DNA of 51,764 bases from Candidatus Caldarchaeum sp. GTDB lineage: Archaea > Thermoproteota > Nitrososphaeria_A > Caldarchaeales > Caldarchaeaceae. Of this stretch, positions 19,294 to 28,948 are shown in pieces. The first letter of the stretch is position 1. Each line of letters starts with the position of its first letter. The stretch spans positions 1 to 51,764 of the forward strand of contig JAWBKB010000010.1 of the NCBI GenBank assembly GCA_038831915.1, written 5' to 3'. The notes under the pieces are model-generated. The model was not told the origin of the DNA and searched no databases. It saw nothing but the letters and a program-made list of their open reading frames with translations. A program made the position numbers and the translations under genes.

Positions 19294-20517
19294 AATCGTT
19301 TCAAAACCCTCGACCAGCTAAGCCCAACTGGAAAACGAATAGCCGTCCGCGTTGACCTTAACTCATCCATCGACCCTAACACCGGAAAAATCGTAGTAAA
19401 TGAAAGTTTCGTGCTCATGCAAAAACCGTTAGAGAACTTCTGGAGAAAGTAGGCAAAGTAGTTGTTCTCGCCCATCAAGGCCGGCGAGGAGACCCGGATT
19501 TCACGGACCTAAGCCAGCACGCGGAAATCTTCTCACGATTCGTCGGAAAAAATATCCGATTTGTCCCCGATGTAACAGGCGTTTACGCTATTCAGGCTAT
19601 CAAAAGCCTTTCACCCGGCGAAGCCATCTTGCTAGAAAACGTGAGAATTCTGCAGGACGAAGACATCGAGAAACCGCCGGAAGAACACGCAAAGAGCATT
19701 TGCCGAGGACACTTGCCGATGTCCTCGACGCTTTCGTCCTCGACGCGTTTTCAGTTGCCCATCGGTCTCATGCATCTGTCGCTGGGCTCGCCGCTCTTCT
19801 TCCAACATATGCGGAAAGGGTGATGGATAAAGAACTGACGGCTTTGAACCGCTACATCGCGTTGAGCGAAAAACTAATCTTTCTACTTGGCGGAAACAAG
19901 CCGCAGGAATGTCTCAAAATGTTAACCCGTTTTCTCGAAACAAAGCCCAACGCGGTGAAAACAGTCCTAACAGGCAGCATACTGTGCCAGCTCTTCGCAA
20001 AACTCTTTGGATACGACCTCGGGAAGGAAAACGAGGAATTTCTGCGGAAAAAGAAGTATCTTGACTTCACGGAACAGGTTTGTGTGGTCGTGGAAAAAGC
20101 GGGCGAAAAGATTGCTTCTACGGTCGATTTCGCGTACGCTGGAATCGAAAACGACAGAAAAGAGATTCTTTTGGCAGATTTGCCCGCGCCTGGGTTGATT
20201 TTAGACATCGGTTCCAAAACCATTCAAAATTACTGCGAGACCATTCGAATACTTGATTCCGCAACCTCGGTAATCGTTAAGGGACTGATAGGTGTTTATG
20301 AAAAGCCGCAGTTCCAGCATGGAACTCGAAAGCTGTACGGGCTCTGACCGAGACCCGAGATTCAACATTCATCGGTGGAGGAGATTCGGTGACCGCAAAC
20401 GAATTGATGGGCTTTAATCCGGAACGCTTTACGTTTGTCAGCCTCGGCGGCGGAGCCCTAATTACATATCTTTCGGGAGGAAAAATGCCGGGACCCGAAG
20501 CCCCCATGAAGAATTAA
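19290..20517 (+). pseudogene. pgk: Phosphoglycerate kinase pseudogene (archaeal-type), about 4 frameshifts
   Basis: Fragments in different frames: FKTLD..RVDLNS, AHQGR..LLENVR, DAFSVAHRSHAS..DIG, GGGDS..SLGGGA. Shifts near 19293, 19405, 19703 and 20330. Confidence 0.88.
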
Positions 20518-20586
20518 TATACTCATCATCGTACTCGATGTCAGTCCTCTCGATATCAATAAATTGACCCACTATGTTGCCCTGCC

Positions 20587-21774
20587 GTGTTGAACATAGA
20601 CGTTTCTGTAGTCGGTTATGCTGAAACACCTGTTAGCCGTGCCCGGGTTGACAAAGGTGAGAAAAAACTCTCCATTGAAAGCTATTATGCATGGGCGTTA
20701 AGCCTATTGCTAAAGCAGACAGGTCTTTCGTTGAAAGATTTCCGTGGGCAAGGAGTTGGTGTGACTGGCTCTGCTTACCCGAGAGCTGAAATTTGGTCAG
20801 CTGAAGTCATTCAAAATCTTGGTCTCGAGCCAAAGCTTTTGCTCAGATCTGACCATGGGGGAGCCAATGGCGCGGCGCTCATAGTCTCAGGTGCTCTAGC
20901 CATCCACGCAGGATACGTTGACCATTTCCTCATCCTTGGAGCGGACACCCCTATGAACATCGTCGGTGAAGGAAGCCTGACCTGGCGGTATGAGCTCGAT
21001 TACTTGATGCCGGTGGGAATGATGGGGCCGAACAGCATGGCCGCCATGATGATGACGCGGCAAATGCACCAATACGGGTACAAGCCTGAACACTACGGAA
21101 AAATTTCCGTTTCACAACGCGAAAACGCCTCAAAAAACCCAATCGCCTACTTCAAGGCACCGCTGAAGATGGAAGAATACCTCGCCTCGCCTCTAATCAG
21201 CGACCCGCTGAGAATGCTTGACATCTGTCCCTTTGTGAACGGCGGCTTCGCGCTACTCCTATCACGAACCTCGTTAGCCAAGAAAATCACTGACAAATCG
21301 GTGAAAATCGCCGGCTTCGGGTCTTGGCACAACCTCGACGCATCCACATCCCTCAAAGACATAACCGTAACTGGGCTTAAGAACGCTGTGAAACAAGCCC
21401 TCGACGCAGCAGGGATAACTGCAAAACAAGTATCCCTTTTCAACGCCTACGACGACTACACTCCGATAGTCTTGATGCAGCTCGAAGACGCGGGGTTCTG
21501 TCAAAAAGGTCAGGCGGGAAAATTCCTCGAAGAAAACGACATCACCTACAAGGGCAGTTTACCCGTTAACACCGGTGGGGGTCTCCTATCATATGGTCAA
21601 GCAGGAATGGCAGGAGGCCTGCATCACTTAGTTGAAGCGGTTCGACAGCTCCGCGGCGAAGCCGGTGAAAGACAGGTCGAAGACCCGCGTTACGCGTTGG
21701 TCACTGCGCTCGGAGCCCTCGAACACGGCGGAACATTCATCAACAACTACGCCATCATCTTCGGAGGTGAATAA
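20587..21774 (+). CDS. Thiolase-superfamily protein (SCP-x/Ltp2-like, lacks N-terminal catalytic Cys)
   Basis: RENASKNP, DPLRMLDIC, YDDYT, LPVNTGGGLLS, EAVRQLRGEAGERQV. Confidence 0.85.
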   Translation: MLNIDVSVVGYAETPVSRARVDKGEKKLSIESYYAWALSLLLKQTGLSLKDFRGQGVGVTGSAYPRAEIWSAEVIQNLGLEPKLLLRSDHGGANGAALIVSGALAIHAGYVDHFLILGADTPMNIVGEGSLTWRYELDYLMPVGMMGPNSMAAMMMTRQMHQYGYKPEHYGKISVSQRENASKNPIAYFKAPLKMEEYLASPLISDPLRMLDICPFVNGGFALLLSRTSLAKKITDKSVKIAGFGSWHNLDASTSLKDITVTGLKNAVKQALDAAGITAKQVSLFNAYDDYTPIVLMQLEDAGFCQKGQAGKFLEENDITYKGSLPVNTGGGLLSYGQAGMAGGLHHLVEAVRQLRGEAGERQVEDPRYALVTALGALEHGGTFINNYAIIFGGE

Positions 21775-21775
21775 C

Positions 21776-22189
21776 ATGAGCGAATACAAAAGACCGCTTC
21801 CACAGATAAACGAATATACGCAGGAGTTCTGGCAGGCATGCAAAGAGAACACGTTACTTATCCAAACTTGCCGGAAATGTGGAAATAAGCAGTGGTATCC
21901 GAGACCGTCATGCATAAACTGCGGCTCCACTGAAATTGGCTGGGTTAAAGCTTCCGGAAAAGGCACCGTTTACTCCTACACTGTGATACGTAGGGTTGTC
22001 GCTAACTCGCCCGACTTCCAGAGAGACATTCCGTTCATCGTTGCTGAGATAGACCTCGAGGAAGGAGTAAGAATCTACGCGAAAGTCGACGGAATCGCAC
22101 CCGAACAAGTGAAGCCCGGTTTGAAGGTTAAAGTGGACTTCGTTCAGGCCACGCCTGAAATCACTCTGTATAGATTCGTGCCAGCGTGA
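21776..22189 (+). CDS. DUF35-family Zn-ribbon/OB-fold protein (thiolase partner)
   Basis: CRKC..PRPSCINC, SGKGTVYSYTV; ATG 21776 preceded by GGAGGTGA Shine-Dalgarno. Confidence 0.9.
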   Translation: MSEYKRPLPQINEYTQEFWQACKENTLLIQTCRKCGNKQWYPRPSCINCGSTEIGWVKASGKGTVYSYTVIRRVVANSPDFQRDIPFIVAEIDLEEGVRIYAKVDGIAPEQVKPGLKVKVDFVQATPEITLYRFVPA

Positions 22190-22632
22190 TGAAAAATTTC
22201 AGCTGCGTATTCCGAATCGGTTTCCAAGACACCGATTCAACCGGCCGCGTATATTTTCCAAACTATGTTCGATGGTTTGACATGGCGCTTATCGAATTCC
22301 TCCGGCAAAACAACATCGTCTTCGACCAGGTCGGTCGCCTCTTCATGGATGGAAAAACTTCAAACAACTCCTTCGTGATAGGTGAATACGGCTGCAGAAT
22401 TGAAAAACCTTCAAGATATGATGAACTTGTCGAGGCTTTTGTAGAATCGGCAGAAATTAGAAACAAATCCGTCAAAGTCATGTTTAGGCTTGAAAACACA
22501 GAACACGAAGTTCTCGCCAAAGGTTTTATCACATACGTCTACATCGACACTGAACAAGGGCGAGCTGAAGAGCTTCCAGAAATATTCCGGAAAATCTTCA
22601 AAACTTTAAACAATTCGAGTCCAAAAACGTAA
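22186..22632 (+). CDS. Hot-dog fold acyl-CoA thioesterase (4HBT/YbgC-like)
   Basis: DTDSTGRVYFPNYVRWFD motif. Confidence 0.85.
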   Translation: MMKNFSCVFRIGFQDTDSTGRVYFPNYVRWFDMALIEFLRQNNIVFDQVGRLFMDGKTSNNSFVIGEYGCRIEKPSRYDELVEAFVESAEIRNKSVKVMFRLENTEHEVLAKGFITYVYIDTEQGRAEELPEIFRKIFKTLNNSSPKT

Positions 22633-22664
22633 AATAACGTAGCCCCAGTCAAAAGCCGGCGGCG

Positions 22665-23354
22665 ATGACTCCATTCGTGATTTTGACAGTTGCGCTTGCC
22701 GGAATCACCGGTGTATTGATTTTTTATTCCCTAAAAAAGTCGGAGGAAGACAGCGTAGAAAATTGGCCGTTCTACGTTCTCGGTGTTAGGCCGTCTGATT
22801 CTCTTGACACGGTTAAGAAAGCGTACAGGGAATTGGTGAAAAGATATCATCCCGACAGGTTGCCCGTAAACGCTTCGCCACAGCTAAGGAGGCTCTACGA
22901 AGAGAGGCTCATAAAGGTGAACAATGCATACAAAACCATTTTACTGCTTCACGAGCCGCAACAACGCACCGTAATAATAGATGTCGAACAACTCGACGCC
23001 GTAGCCGAGATGATAGAAACCGCGGAAAAAGCGGCTCGCTCAGGTGAGAAGTCTTCAGGGATTATTGAAAAAGCATACAAAGCCGCTGAAACACTCGTCA
23101 AAACCCTTCATAAGTCAGCTGGCTTGCTGTGCAGGAGTGAACATTTCTATGATTTGGTGACCGACTTGATGATTCACGACGTGCTCAGCGTTGAGGAATT
23201 TGAGGTCCTGGCCGACGCGCGGAGGTATGCCAACAGCGATGCAAAGAACGAAGTTTCGCTGAAAGATGCTGTGACACTTGTGAGACGTATCCGCGGTGTT
23301 TACCTAAAAATACGCGAAAGACACATAAAGCCAGGGAATGGCCATCTCCGCTAA
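22665..23354 (+). CDS. Membrane-anchored J-domain protein with possible C-terminal HEPN-like domain
   Basis: N-terminal TM, VLGV..VKKAYRELVKRYHPD..NNAY; C-terminal EKAYKAAETLVK helical domain. Confidence 0.75.
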   Translation: MTPFVILTVALAGITGVLIFYSLKKSEEDSVENWPFYVLGVRPSDSLDTVKKAYRELVKRYHPDRLPVNASPQLRRLYEERLIKVNNAYKTILLLHEPQQRTVIIDVEQLDAVAEMIETAEKAARSGEKSSGIIEKAYKAAETLVKTLHKSAGLLCRSEHFYDLVTDLMIHDVLSVEEFEVLADARRYANSDAKNEVSLKDAVTLVRRIRGVYLKIRERHIKPGNGHLR

Positions 23355-24060
23355 GATAGTCGTCGTGATTCCCACGTATAACGAAGCCGAAAACATCGAG
23401 AAAACAATCAAATCCGTTTTTGACACTGGTTTGAAGGATTTGGCTGTTTTGGTTGTTGACGACGGCAGCCCTGATGGCACAGCTGAGAAAGTCGCGTCGC
23501 TTGCGGAGAAAAACCCATATGTTTTGTTGCTCAATCGAGGAGCAAAGAAAGGCCTCGGCTCAGCCTATTACGATGGCTTCACAAAAGCACTGGGATTGAA
23601 TCCTGAAATAGTGCTGTCCATGGACGCGGACGGGTCTCATCCCGCAGAACTGATTCCGAAACTGGTCGAAGCGGTTCAGAAAGGAGCTGACGCGGCAGTC
23701 GCATCCAGATATTCCGCGGGAGGAAAATGGGCCGCTGGCTTTTCACGCATGGTCGTTAGTCGGGGAGCTAATTTACTCGCGAAAATATCCACCGGGGCGA
23801 AAGTAAGAGACGCGACTTCAGGCTTTAGAGCATATTCGTCAAGGGCGATAACCTTCCTGCTGTCGAAACCGTTTGAAACGGGATATGTTTTTCAAGTGGA
23901 AATCATTCATCGCCTCACCAAGGCAGGCTACAAAATCGTCGAAGTGCCGTTCGTTTTCAAGAGAAGGGAAACTGGCAAGTCAAAACTGTCGTGGAAAGAA
24001 ATAGTCCACTTCTTTTTCTGGTGTGTCAAAACCTGGTTCCAACGGATTTATGGTAGGTGA
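23338..24060 (+). CDS. GT2 polyprenol/dolichol-phosphate mannosyltransferase-like
   Basis: IPTYNEAEN, VDDGSPDGT, MDADGSH, DATSGFRAY, GKSKL. Confidence 0.9.
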   Translation: MAISAKIVVVIPTYNEAENIEKTIKSVFDTGLKDLAVLVVDDGSPDGTAEKVASLAEKNPYVLLLNRGAKKGLGSAYYDGFTKALGLNPEIVLSMDADGSHPAELIPKLVEAVQKGADAAVASRYSAGGKWAAGFSRMVVSRGANLLAKISTGAKVRDATSGFRAYSSRAITFLLSKPFETGYVFQVEIIHRLTKAGYKIVEVPFVFKRRETGKSKLSWKEIVHFFFWCVKTWFQRIYGR

Positions 24061-24065
24061 ATTGA

Positions 24066-25037
24066 TTGCCGAAACTTTGGGAACTGGGCGAAAGACATCT
24101 TCTTCAACTTATCATGAAAAAATTTAGCTGGCCCCAGGACGTGGTTCTACCACCGGGTGACGATGCTTCGGGGCTCTGGTTCAACGGTCTTCTCATAACT
24201 TCCGTCGACATGCTTGTGTGGAGCACAGACGTGCCTCCAGGAATGAATCATTACCAAGCAGGATGGAAAGCGGTTGTATCGGCTATCAGCGATGTGGCGA
24301 GCAAAGGCGGACAGTCGCGTTACATACTTCTGTCATTAGCCCTCAACCCTCACATAGAGCTCGAACAGTTTGAACAGTTGCTTGAAGGGGCTGAGAAAGC
24401 ATCTCACGAATACGGCGCAAAAGTCATCGGCGGAGATTTAAACGAAGCGGATACAACATGTATATCGGTTACTGTTCTGGGTTCTGCAAAAAATGTGATG
24501 AGCCGAGCCGGGGTTAAACCCGGAGATACGTTAGCTGTAACGGGTTTGTTCGGAAAAACATTCGCCGGTCTTCACGCCGTCATGAATAACGTAAAAGCAG
24601 ACCCGGGATTGCTCGAAGCAATCTATTTGCCTCGAGCGCGTATGCGAGAAGGCATCGCTCTCGCGTCTTCGGGAGGTGTTTCGGCCTGCATAGATTCGAG
24701 TGACGGACTCGGTGAATCTTTGTATCTTTTGGCGGAAACAAATAACGTTGGATTTGTCGTCGACCGTTTACCCATAGACCCTTTGGCGGAGAAATACTGT
24801 GTTGACAATTGGCTGAACACGGTTGACGCGGTGTTTTACGGCGGGGAAGAATATGAGCTGGTTTATACCGTGAAAAAAGGTTGGGAAAACATCGTTGAAA
24901 ACGCTTTGAGCAGAGTTGGAGCGAGTTTCATCCGAATCGGTCGAGCGACGGCCATGCAAGGTGTACAACTACTCGACCAAGGAAGAGTTGTTGAAATTTC
25001 GAGAAAAGGCTGGCAGCATTTTCATCGCCGGCGATAA
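24066..25037 (+). CDS. thiL: Thiamine-monophosphate kinase
   Basis: LGE, GDDA, SDVASKGG, IGGD, DSSDGL, GGEEYEL, GWQHF. Confidence 0.92.
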   Translation: MPKLWELGERHLLQLIMKKFSWPQDVVLPPGDDASGLWFNGLLITSVDMLVWSTDVPPGMNHYQAGWKAVVSAISDVASKGGQSRYILLSLALNPHIELEQFEQLLEGAEKASHEYGAKVIGGDLNEADTTCISVTVLGSAKNVMSRAGVKPGDTLAVTGLFGKTFAGLHAVMNNVKADPGLLEAIYLPRARMREGIALASSGGVSACIDSSDGLGESLYLLAETNNVGFVVDRLPIDPLAEKYCVDNWLNTVDAVFYGGEEYELVYTVKKGWENIVENALSRVGASFIRIGRATAMQGVQLLDQGRVVEISRKGWQHFHRRR

Positions 25038-25546
25038 AACTTTTCTACGAGAAGCAGCGAAGCAATGGTTTTTGAATCAAGTATCCGGCCTTCTCTAATC
25101 ATTTCGACTGCCTCGACGAATGGTACGTGTATTACTTTGATGTCTTCGTCTTGCTCAGGGTTTGCGGTGGTTTTTTCGAGTTCTTCAGCGATGAAAACAT
25201 GCATAAGCTCGGTCGAATATCCGGGTGCGAGGTAGAATTCCGCTATTTTAGTCAGCTTTTTGGCCATGTAGCCTGTTTCTTCTTCCAACTCACGAGCAGC
25301 ACAGTTTTCCGGAGTTTCGTCTTCTAATGTCCCAGCCGGTATTTCAAGCAAATTTTTGCTCACTGGATACCTGAACTGTTCGACCATCACTATTTTTTCC
25401 GTGTCGACGAACGCCACGATTGCGACCGCTCCGGGATGCCGCACTACTTCACGAACAACTTCGAGCCCTGAACGCTTTAGAATCACATGTTCAACTTCGA
25501 ATAATTTTCCACGGTATACGACCTCGGATATTTTCACTTGGAACAC
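25022..25546 (-). CDS. Nudix hydrolase (ADP-ribose pyrophosphatase-like)
   Basis: VRHPGAV, QFRYP, EIPAG..CAARELEEETG Nudix box, DSKT. Confidence 0.9.
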   Translation of the reverse strand: MFQVKISEVVYRGKLFEVEHVILKRSGLEVVREVVRHPGAVAIVAFVDTEKIVMVEQFRYPVSKNLLEIPAGTLEDETPENCAARELEEETGYMAKKLTKIAEFYLAPGYSTELMHVFIAEELEKTTANPEQDEDIKVIHVPFVEAVEMIREGRILDSKTIASLLLVEKFYRRR

Positions 25547-25579
25547 GGTGTCGGACTGCTGTTTGGTTTTTAACGTTTA

Positions 25580-25616
25580 AATTTAGGCCGGTCCTAATTT
25601 AGACCATGCCTAAAAT
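25580..25616. promoter_or_regulatory. Two tandem DtxR/MntR-type palindromic operators
   Basis: TTAGG-CCGGT-CCTAA (25583-25597) and TTAGA-CCATG-CCTAA (25599-25613), next to a TATA-like TTTAAA and directly at the start of the DtxR-family gene. Confidence 0.7.
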
Positions 25617-26034
25617 TATGCTACACCATGTGGAAACCACATACCTCAAAGAATTTTACAGGGCTCGAGAAAGAAACATTGAAGTAACTACAGGCTACCT
25701 AGCCAGAACTTTCAAAGTCAAACCGGCGTCGGCGTTCGACGTTGTCAGCAAGTTGCTCGAGAAAAACATGTTGGAGAAGGCAGGCTGGGGCAAGTTCAAG
25801 TTGACACCAAGCGGTGTTGTCGTCGCGGCCCGAATAATTCACAACCACCGAATCCTTGAAACATATTTCCACAGAGAGCTTGGTTTGAGTCCGTCTGAGG
25901 CGTGTCTTCATGCTTCAAAAATCGACGACCAAATAGGTGAACCTGTAATACGTAGAATGTGTTTGAAACTCGATTTCCCCAACACGTGCATCCACGGCAA
26001 CGAGGTGAAACACAAGGAATGCAGAGAAGAATAG
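25606..26034 (+). CDS. DtxR/MntR/TroR-family metal-dependent repressor
   Basis: YLKE, wHTH with VKPAS, LTPSG, HRILETY, C-terminal CIHGN. Start may be ATG 25618. Confidence 0.88.
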   Translation: MPKIMLHHVETTYLKEFYRARERNIEVTTGYLARTFKVKPASAFDVVSKLLEKNMLEKAGWGKFKLTPSGVVVAARIIHNHRILETYFHRELGLSPSEACLHASKIDDQIGEPVIRRMCLKLDFPNTCIHGNEVKHKECREE

Positions 26035-26930
26035 TTGTTTTGAGCATCGTCGTTGTAATCGCCGCCGCTTTATTGATTACGGGAGCTGTTCTTATACAAC
26101 CTATTCAGACATCGGCGGGCAATCGTGTGGCTGTCACATGGGGTTTAATAGGCGAAATCGTTCACCGTTTAACAAACGGAGAAATAGAGATTTACCAAAT
26201 TCTCCCACCCTCCGTTGAACTCCACGACTGGGAGCCAACCCCCGATGTTATGGAAAAAACCCGAGGAGCGGTCGCGTTGTTTTGGACAGTGGAGGGATTG
26301 GATGAATGGGGTGCGAAAATTGCGCAAAGCATCGGTATTAGAGCGTTTAAAGTAACTCTCGGGATAAAGTTCATCGAGGCCCATCATGAACACAATCATG
26401 ACCATCATCACGGGGTGGATGTTCATTTCTGGCAGGACCCTAAAAATGTCGCAAAAATGACCGAAAACATCGCATCTTTTCTCGTTCAGCTTTTCCCTGA
26501 GAAAAAGGATTTGATAGAACGCAACAAGACTAACTTTCTCCGCGAATTACAAATGCTTGACGAAGAATTTTCCAAAGCTCTTTCACCGCACAAAGGCAAG
26601 GTCATGATTACCCAGCATGACGCGTTCCGGTATCTCGGTAAAGCCTACGGACTCGAGGTCTTCGCTGTTCTGACTCACGAAGAGGAGGAGCCGTCAGCCG
26701 CTCACATCAAGGAACTCTACGAAATAATTGAAACCCAACGCGTGAAAACAATTTTCGCCGAAGACGACTGGGTTCATCCGGTGGTGGCAGGCATTGCACG
26801 AGATAAAAACCTCAAAATAAACATGCTGTACACCGGTGAAGGATTGACGTTTGACGGATATTTGAAAGGACAAGGATATATCGAGATGATGCGTAGAAAC
26901 TTGGAGGCACTGGTGGATGCTCTCGCATGA
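26019..26930 (+). CDS. Zn/Mn ABC transporter substrate-binding protein (ZnuA/TroA-like)
   Basis: HDWEPTP, His-rich loop HHEHNHDHHH, DVHFWQDP, HDAFRYL, EPSA. Confidence 0.9.
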   Translation: MQRRIVVLSIVVVIAAALLITGAVLIQPIQTSAGNRVAVTWGLIGEIVHRLTNGEIEIYQILPPSVELHDWEPTPDVMEKTRGAVALFWTVEGLDEWGAKIAQSIGIRAFKVTLGIKFIEAHHEHNHDHHHGVDVHFWQDPKNVAKMTENIASFLVQLFPEKKDLIERNKTNFLRELQMLDEEFSKALSPHKGKVMITQHDAFRYLGKAYGLEVFAVLTHEEEEPSAAHIKELYEIIETQRVKTIFAEDDWVHPVVAGIARDKNLKINMLYTGEGLTFDGYLKGQGYIEMMRRNLEALVDALA

Positions 26931-27672
26931 ACAACCTGTGGTCGAGCTGGAAAACGTAACTTTCGCCTACCAACGCGACACCCCCGTATTATCCGAGGTA
27001 AATCTACAGATTCATGACCGTGAAGCAGTTTTCCTCATAGGGCCGAACGGCGGCGGCAAATCCACTCTAATAAAAGTAATTCTCGGCGTTCTGAAACCTC
27101 AGAAAGGGCAAGTTAGGTTATTTGGCGACCCGTTGCACAGCTTCAAAGAATGGTGGAAAATTGGATACCTCCCCCAAAACATCAGCCAGCTCTTCGAAAA
27201 CATCCCACTCAGCGTAGAAGAGCTGCTACAATCAGGAGCAATTAAAAACCGAGCTCTAAGCCCGAAAGAAGCCTTATCAATCGTCGGGGTCGAAAACCAA
27301 ACTGAAATTCTGACGAAACGTGTTTCCGAGCTTTCAGCGGGCAATCTTCAAAAAGTCATGCTAGCCCTTGCTTTGATCAACAGGCCCAAGCTATTGCTTC
27401 TCGATGAGCCCACGGTCTATGTTGACCAAACGGGTATGGACGCTTTCATGCGTGTTCTGAACAAGCTCCGGCATGAATGGGGGTTGACGATGGTTTTGGC
27501 CACACATGACTTGGCCGCTATTTCGACCTTCGCCTCACGAGTAATATGCATCAACCGCTCGGCTCTCTATGACGGCAGCATCGACAATTTGCTCAGCTCC
27601 GAGCAGCTCTGCAACATCTACGGATTCCACGTATACGCCGTCAGACACGGCCATCGATGGACTCGCACATGA
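26917..27672 (+). CDS. Metal ABC transporter ATPase (ZnuC-like)
   Basis: GPNGGGKS, IGYLPQ, LSAG, LLLDEPT, THDL, C-terminal HGH. Confidence 0.9.
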   Translation: MLSHEQPVVELENVTFAYQRDTPVLSEVNLQIHDREAVFLIGPNGGGKSTLIKVILGVLKPQKGQVRLFGDPLHSFKEWWKIGYLPQNISQLFENIPLSVEELLQSGAIKNRALSPKEALSIVGVENQTEILTKRVSELSAGNLQKVMLALALINRPKLLLLDEPTVYVDQTGMDAFMRVLNKLRHEWGLTMVLATHDLAAISTFASRVICINRSALYDGSIDNLLSSEQLCNIYGFHVYAVRHGHRWTRT

Positions 27673-28472
27673 TCGAATTGCTGCAGCTACCTTTCATTCA
27701 AAGGTCTTTGACCGCAGCCGTTATCGCTGGATTTCTACTACCGCTAATCGGCAACTACATCGTTCCCAAAAAACTTTCGCTACTTGGAGACTCTTCGTCG
27801 CATGTTGCTTTTGCCGCAATAGGAGTCACCGCTCTTCTCGGACTCGGCACAGACTTTCTCGTATATGTTCTACCAGCTTTAGCGATATACATCACGCTTC
27901 AACTCACAAACCGCTTCAAAATTTCAGGCGACCAAGCATTAGCAATAATGTTGACCATTGCAGCCGCGGTCGCCTCGCTTTCAATCTCGTTCGGAGCACG
28001 CGTCAACTTGTCCGCCGTCCTTTTCGGGAGCCTGCTTTTCGTCACCGTCGAAGATGTACTTACAAGCCTAAGCGTAGCCGTTGCAACCGTTTCGTTCGTA
28101 TTTATCAACTTCGGCAAAACAATACTCTACATTCTGAATGAGGAATTGGCGAGAATCCGCGGAATAAACGTACGCCTCTACCAATTTTTTTTCGCCGTCG
28201 TCGCGGGACTTTCCGTGGTCACAGGCATAAAAATAGCAGGCGTCCTACTCGTCACGGCTTTAATCGCGGTGCCCACAGCGGCCGCAACACTTGTATCCCG
28301 GTCATTTAGAGCAGCACTGACCACATCGATAGCGGTCGGCATGACCGCCACTTGTTCAGGAGTTTTTCTATCATACTACACAGGCGTCACACCAGGAGCT
28401 GCGTCAGTTTTAATTCTTGGTACGGTCTTAGTGATATCCGCTATTTTACGCAGGCTTGGTTTAAGAATTTAA
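27657..28472 (+). CDS. Metal ABC transporter permease (ZnuB-like)
   Basis: GDSSSHVAF, LFGSLL, GVLLVTAL; hydrophobic. Confidence 0.9.
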   Translation: MDSHMIELLQLPFIQRSLTAAVIAGFLLPLIGNYIVPKKLSLLGDSSSHVAFAAIGVTALLGLGTDFLVYVLPALAIYITLQLTNRFKISGDQALAIMLTIAAAVASLSISFGARVNLSAVLFGSLLFVTVEDVLTSLSVAVATVSFVFINFGKTILYILNEELARIRGINVRLYQFFFAVVAGLSVVTGIKIAGVLLVTALIAVPTAAATLVSRSFRAALTTSIAVGMTATCSGVFLSYYTGVTPGAASVLILGTVLVISAILRRLGLRI

Positions 28473-28495
28473 CCCAGCGGCACCGTTTAGCATCT

Positions 28496-28948
28496 GTGGG
28501 CCGAGTTCGTCTCCAGCCGCCCCCGCGGATAAAAATCCTCGAAGCTCTCGGAGCCGTTGCTGGAAACAGGGTGAAAATAGTCGACCAACACAACTGCGAA
28601 GTCAACGCGTCAGAAGGCCCTCGTGCTTACAGAGTATTTCTCGACCTTGAAAACGGCATGGCTTCAAGCGACGACAACGGCACGGTTTTCCGCAACTACG
28701 TTGGCTACCCGATAATCGCATTCATGATGGCTTTGGGGAAGCTCAGCTACGACGAAAAAATCGCGGCACCGCTTAAATCGATAAAATGGCGGTCGCTAAA
28801 CGAGCAGTACAAAAGCTACAAAACTGTCGAAACCATAGTCAAGCAAATGCTTTCCAGAAACGGCGTAGACCCAAGCGACGTCGACAAGTTCGTCGACAGA
28901 GTACTGCGCGAACTAGACGACTACATACTGTTTAAACCAACTACTTAA
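28496..28948 (+). CDS. Conserved hypothetical protein
   Basis: PPRIKILEALGA, SDDNGT..YVGYPIIAF, IKWRSLNE look like a conserved family. GTG 28496 avoids overlap with the permease. Confidence 0.7.
   Translation: MGRVRLQPPPRIKILEALGAVAGNRVKIVDQHNCEVNASEGPRAYRVFLDLENGMASSDDNGTVFRNYVGYPIIAFMMALGKLSYDEKIAAPLKSIKWRSLNEQYKSYKTVETIVKQMLSRNGVDPSDVDKFVDRVLRELDDYILFKPTT

Noticed and set aside
19695-19735. Hairpin CGAGGACA/TGTCCTCG at a pgk frameshift as a second mRNA intron
   Set aside because: No proper 4-bp helix with 3-nt bulges, and the stretch encodes PGK-aligned residues; a 1-nt deletion explains the shift.
21632-21775. Long N-terminus of the DUF35 ORF
   Set aside because: It overlaps the thiolase gene; a strong Shine-Dalgarno precedes ATG 21776.
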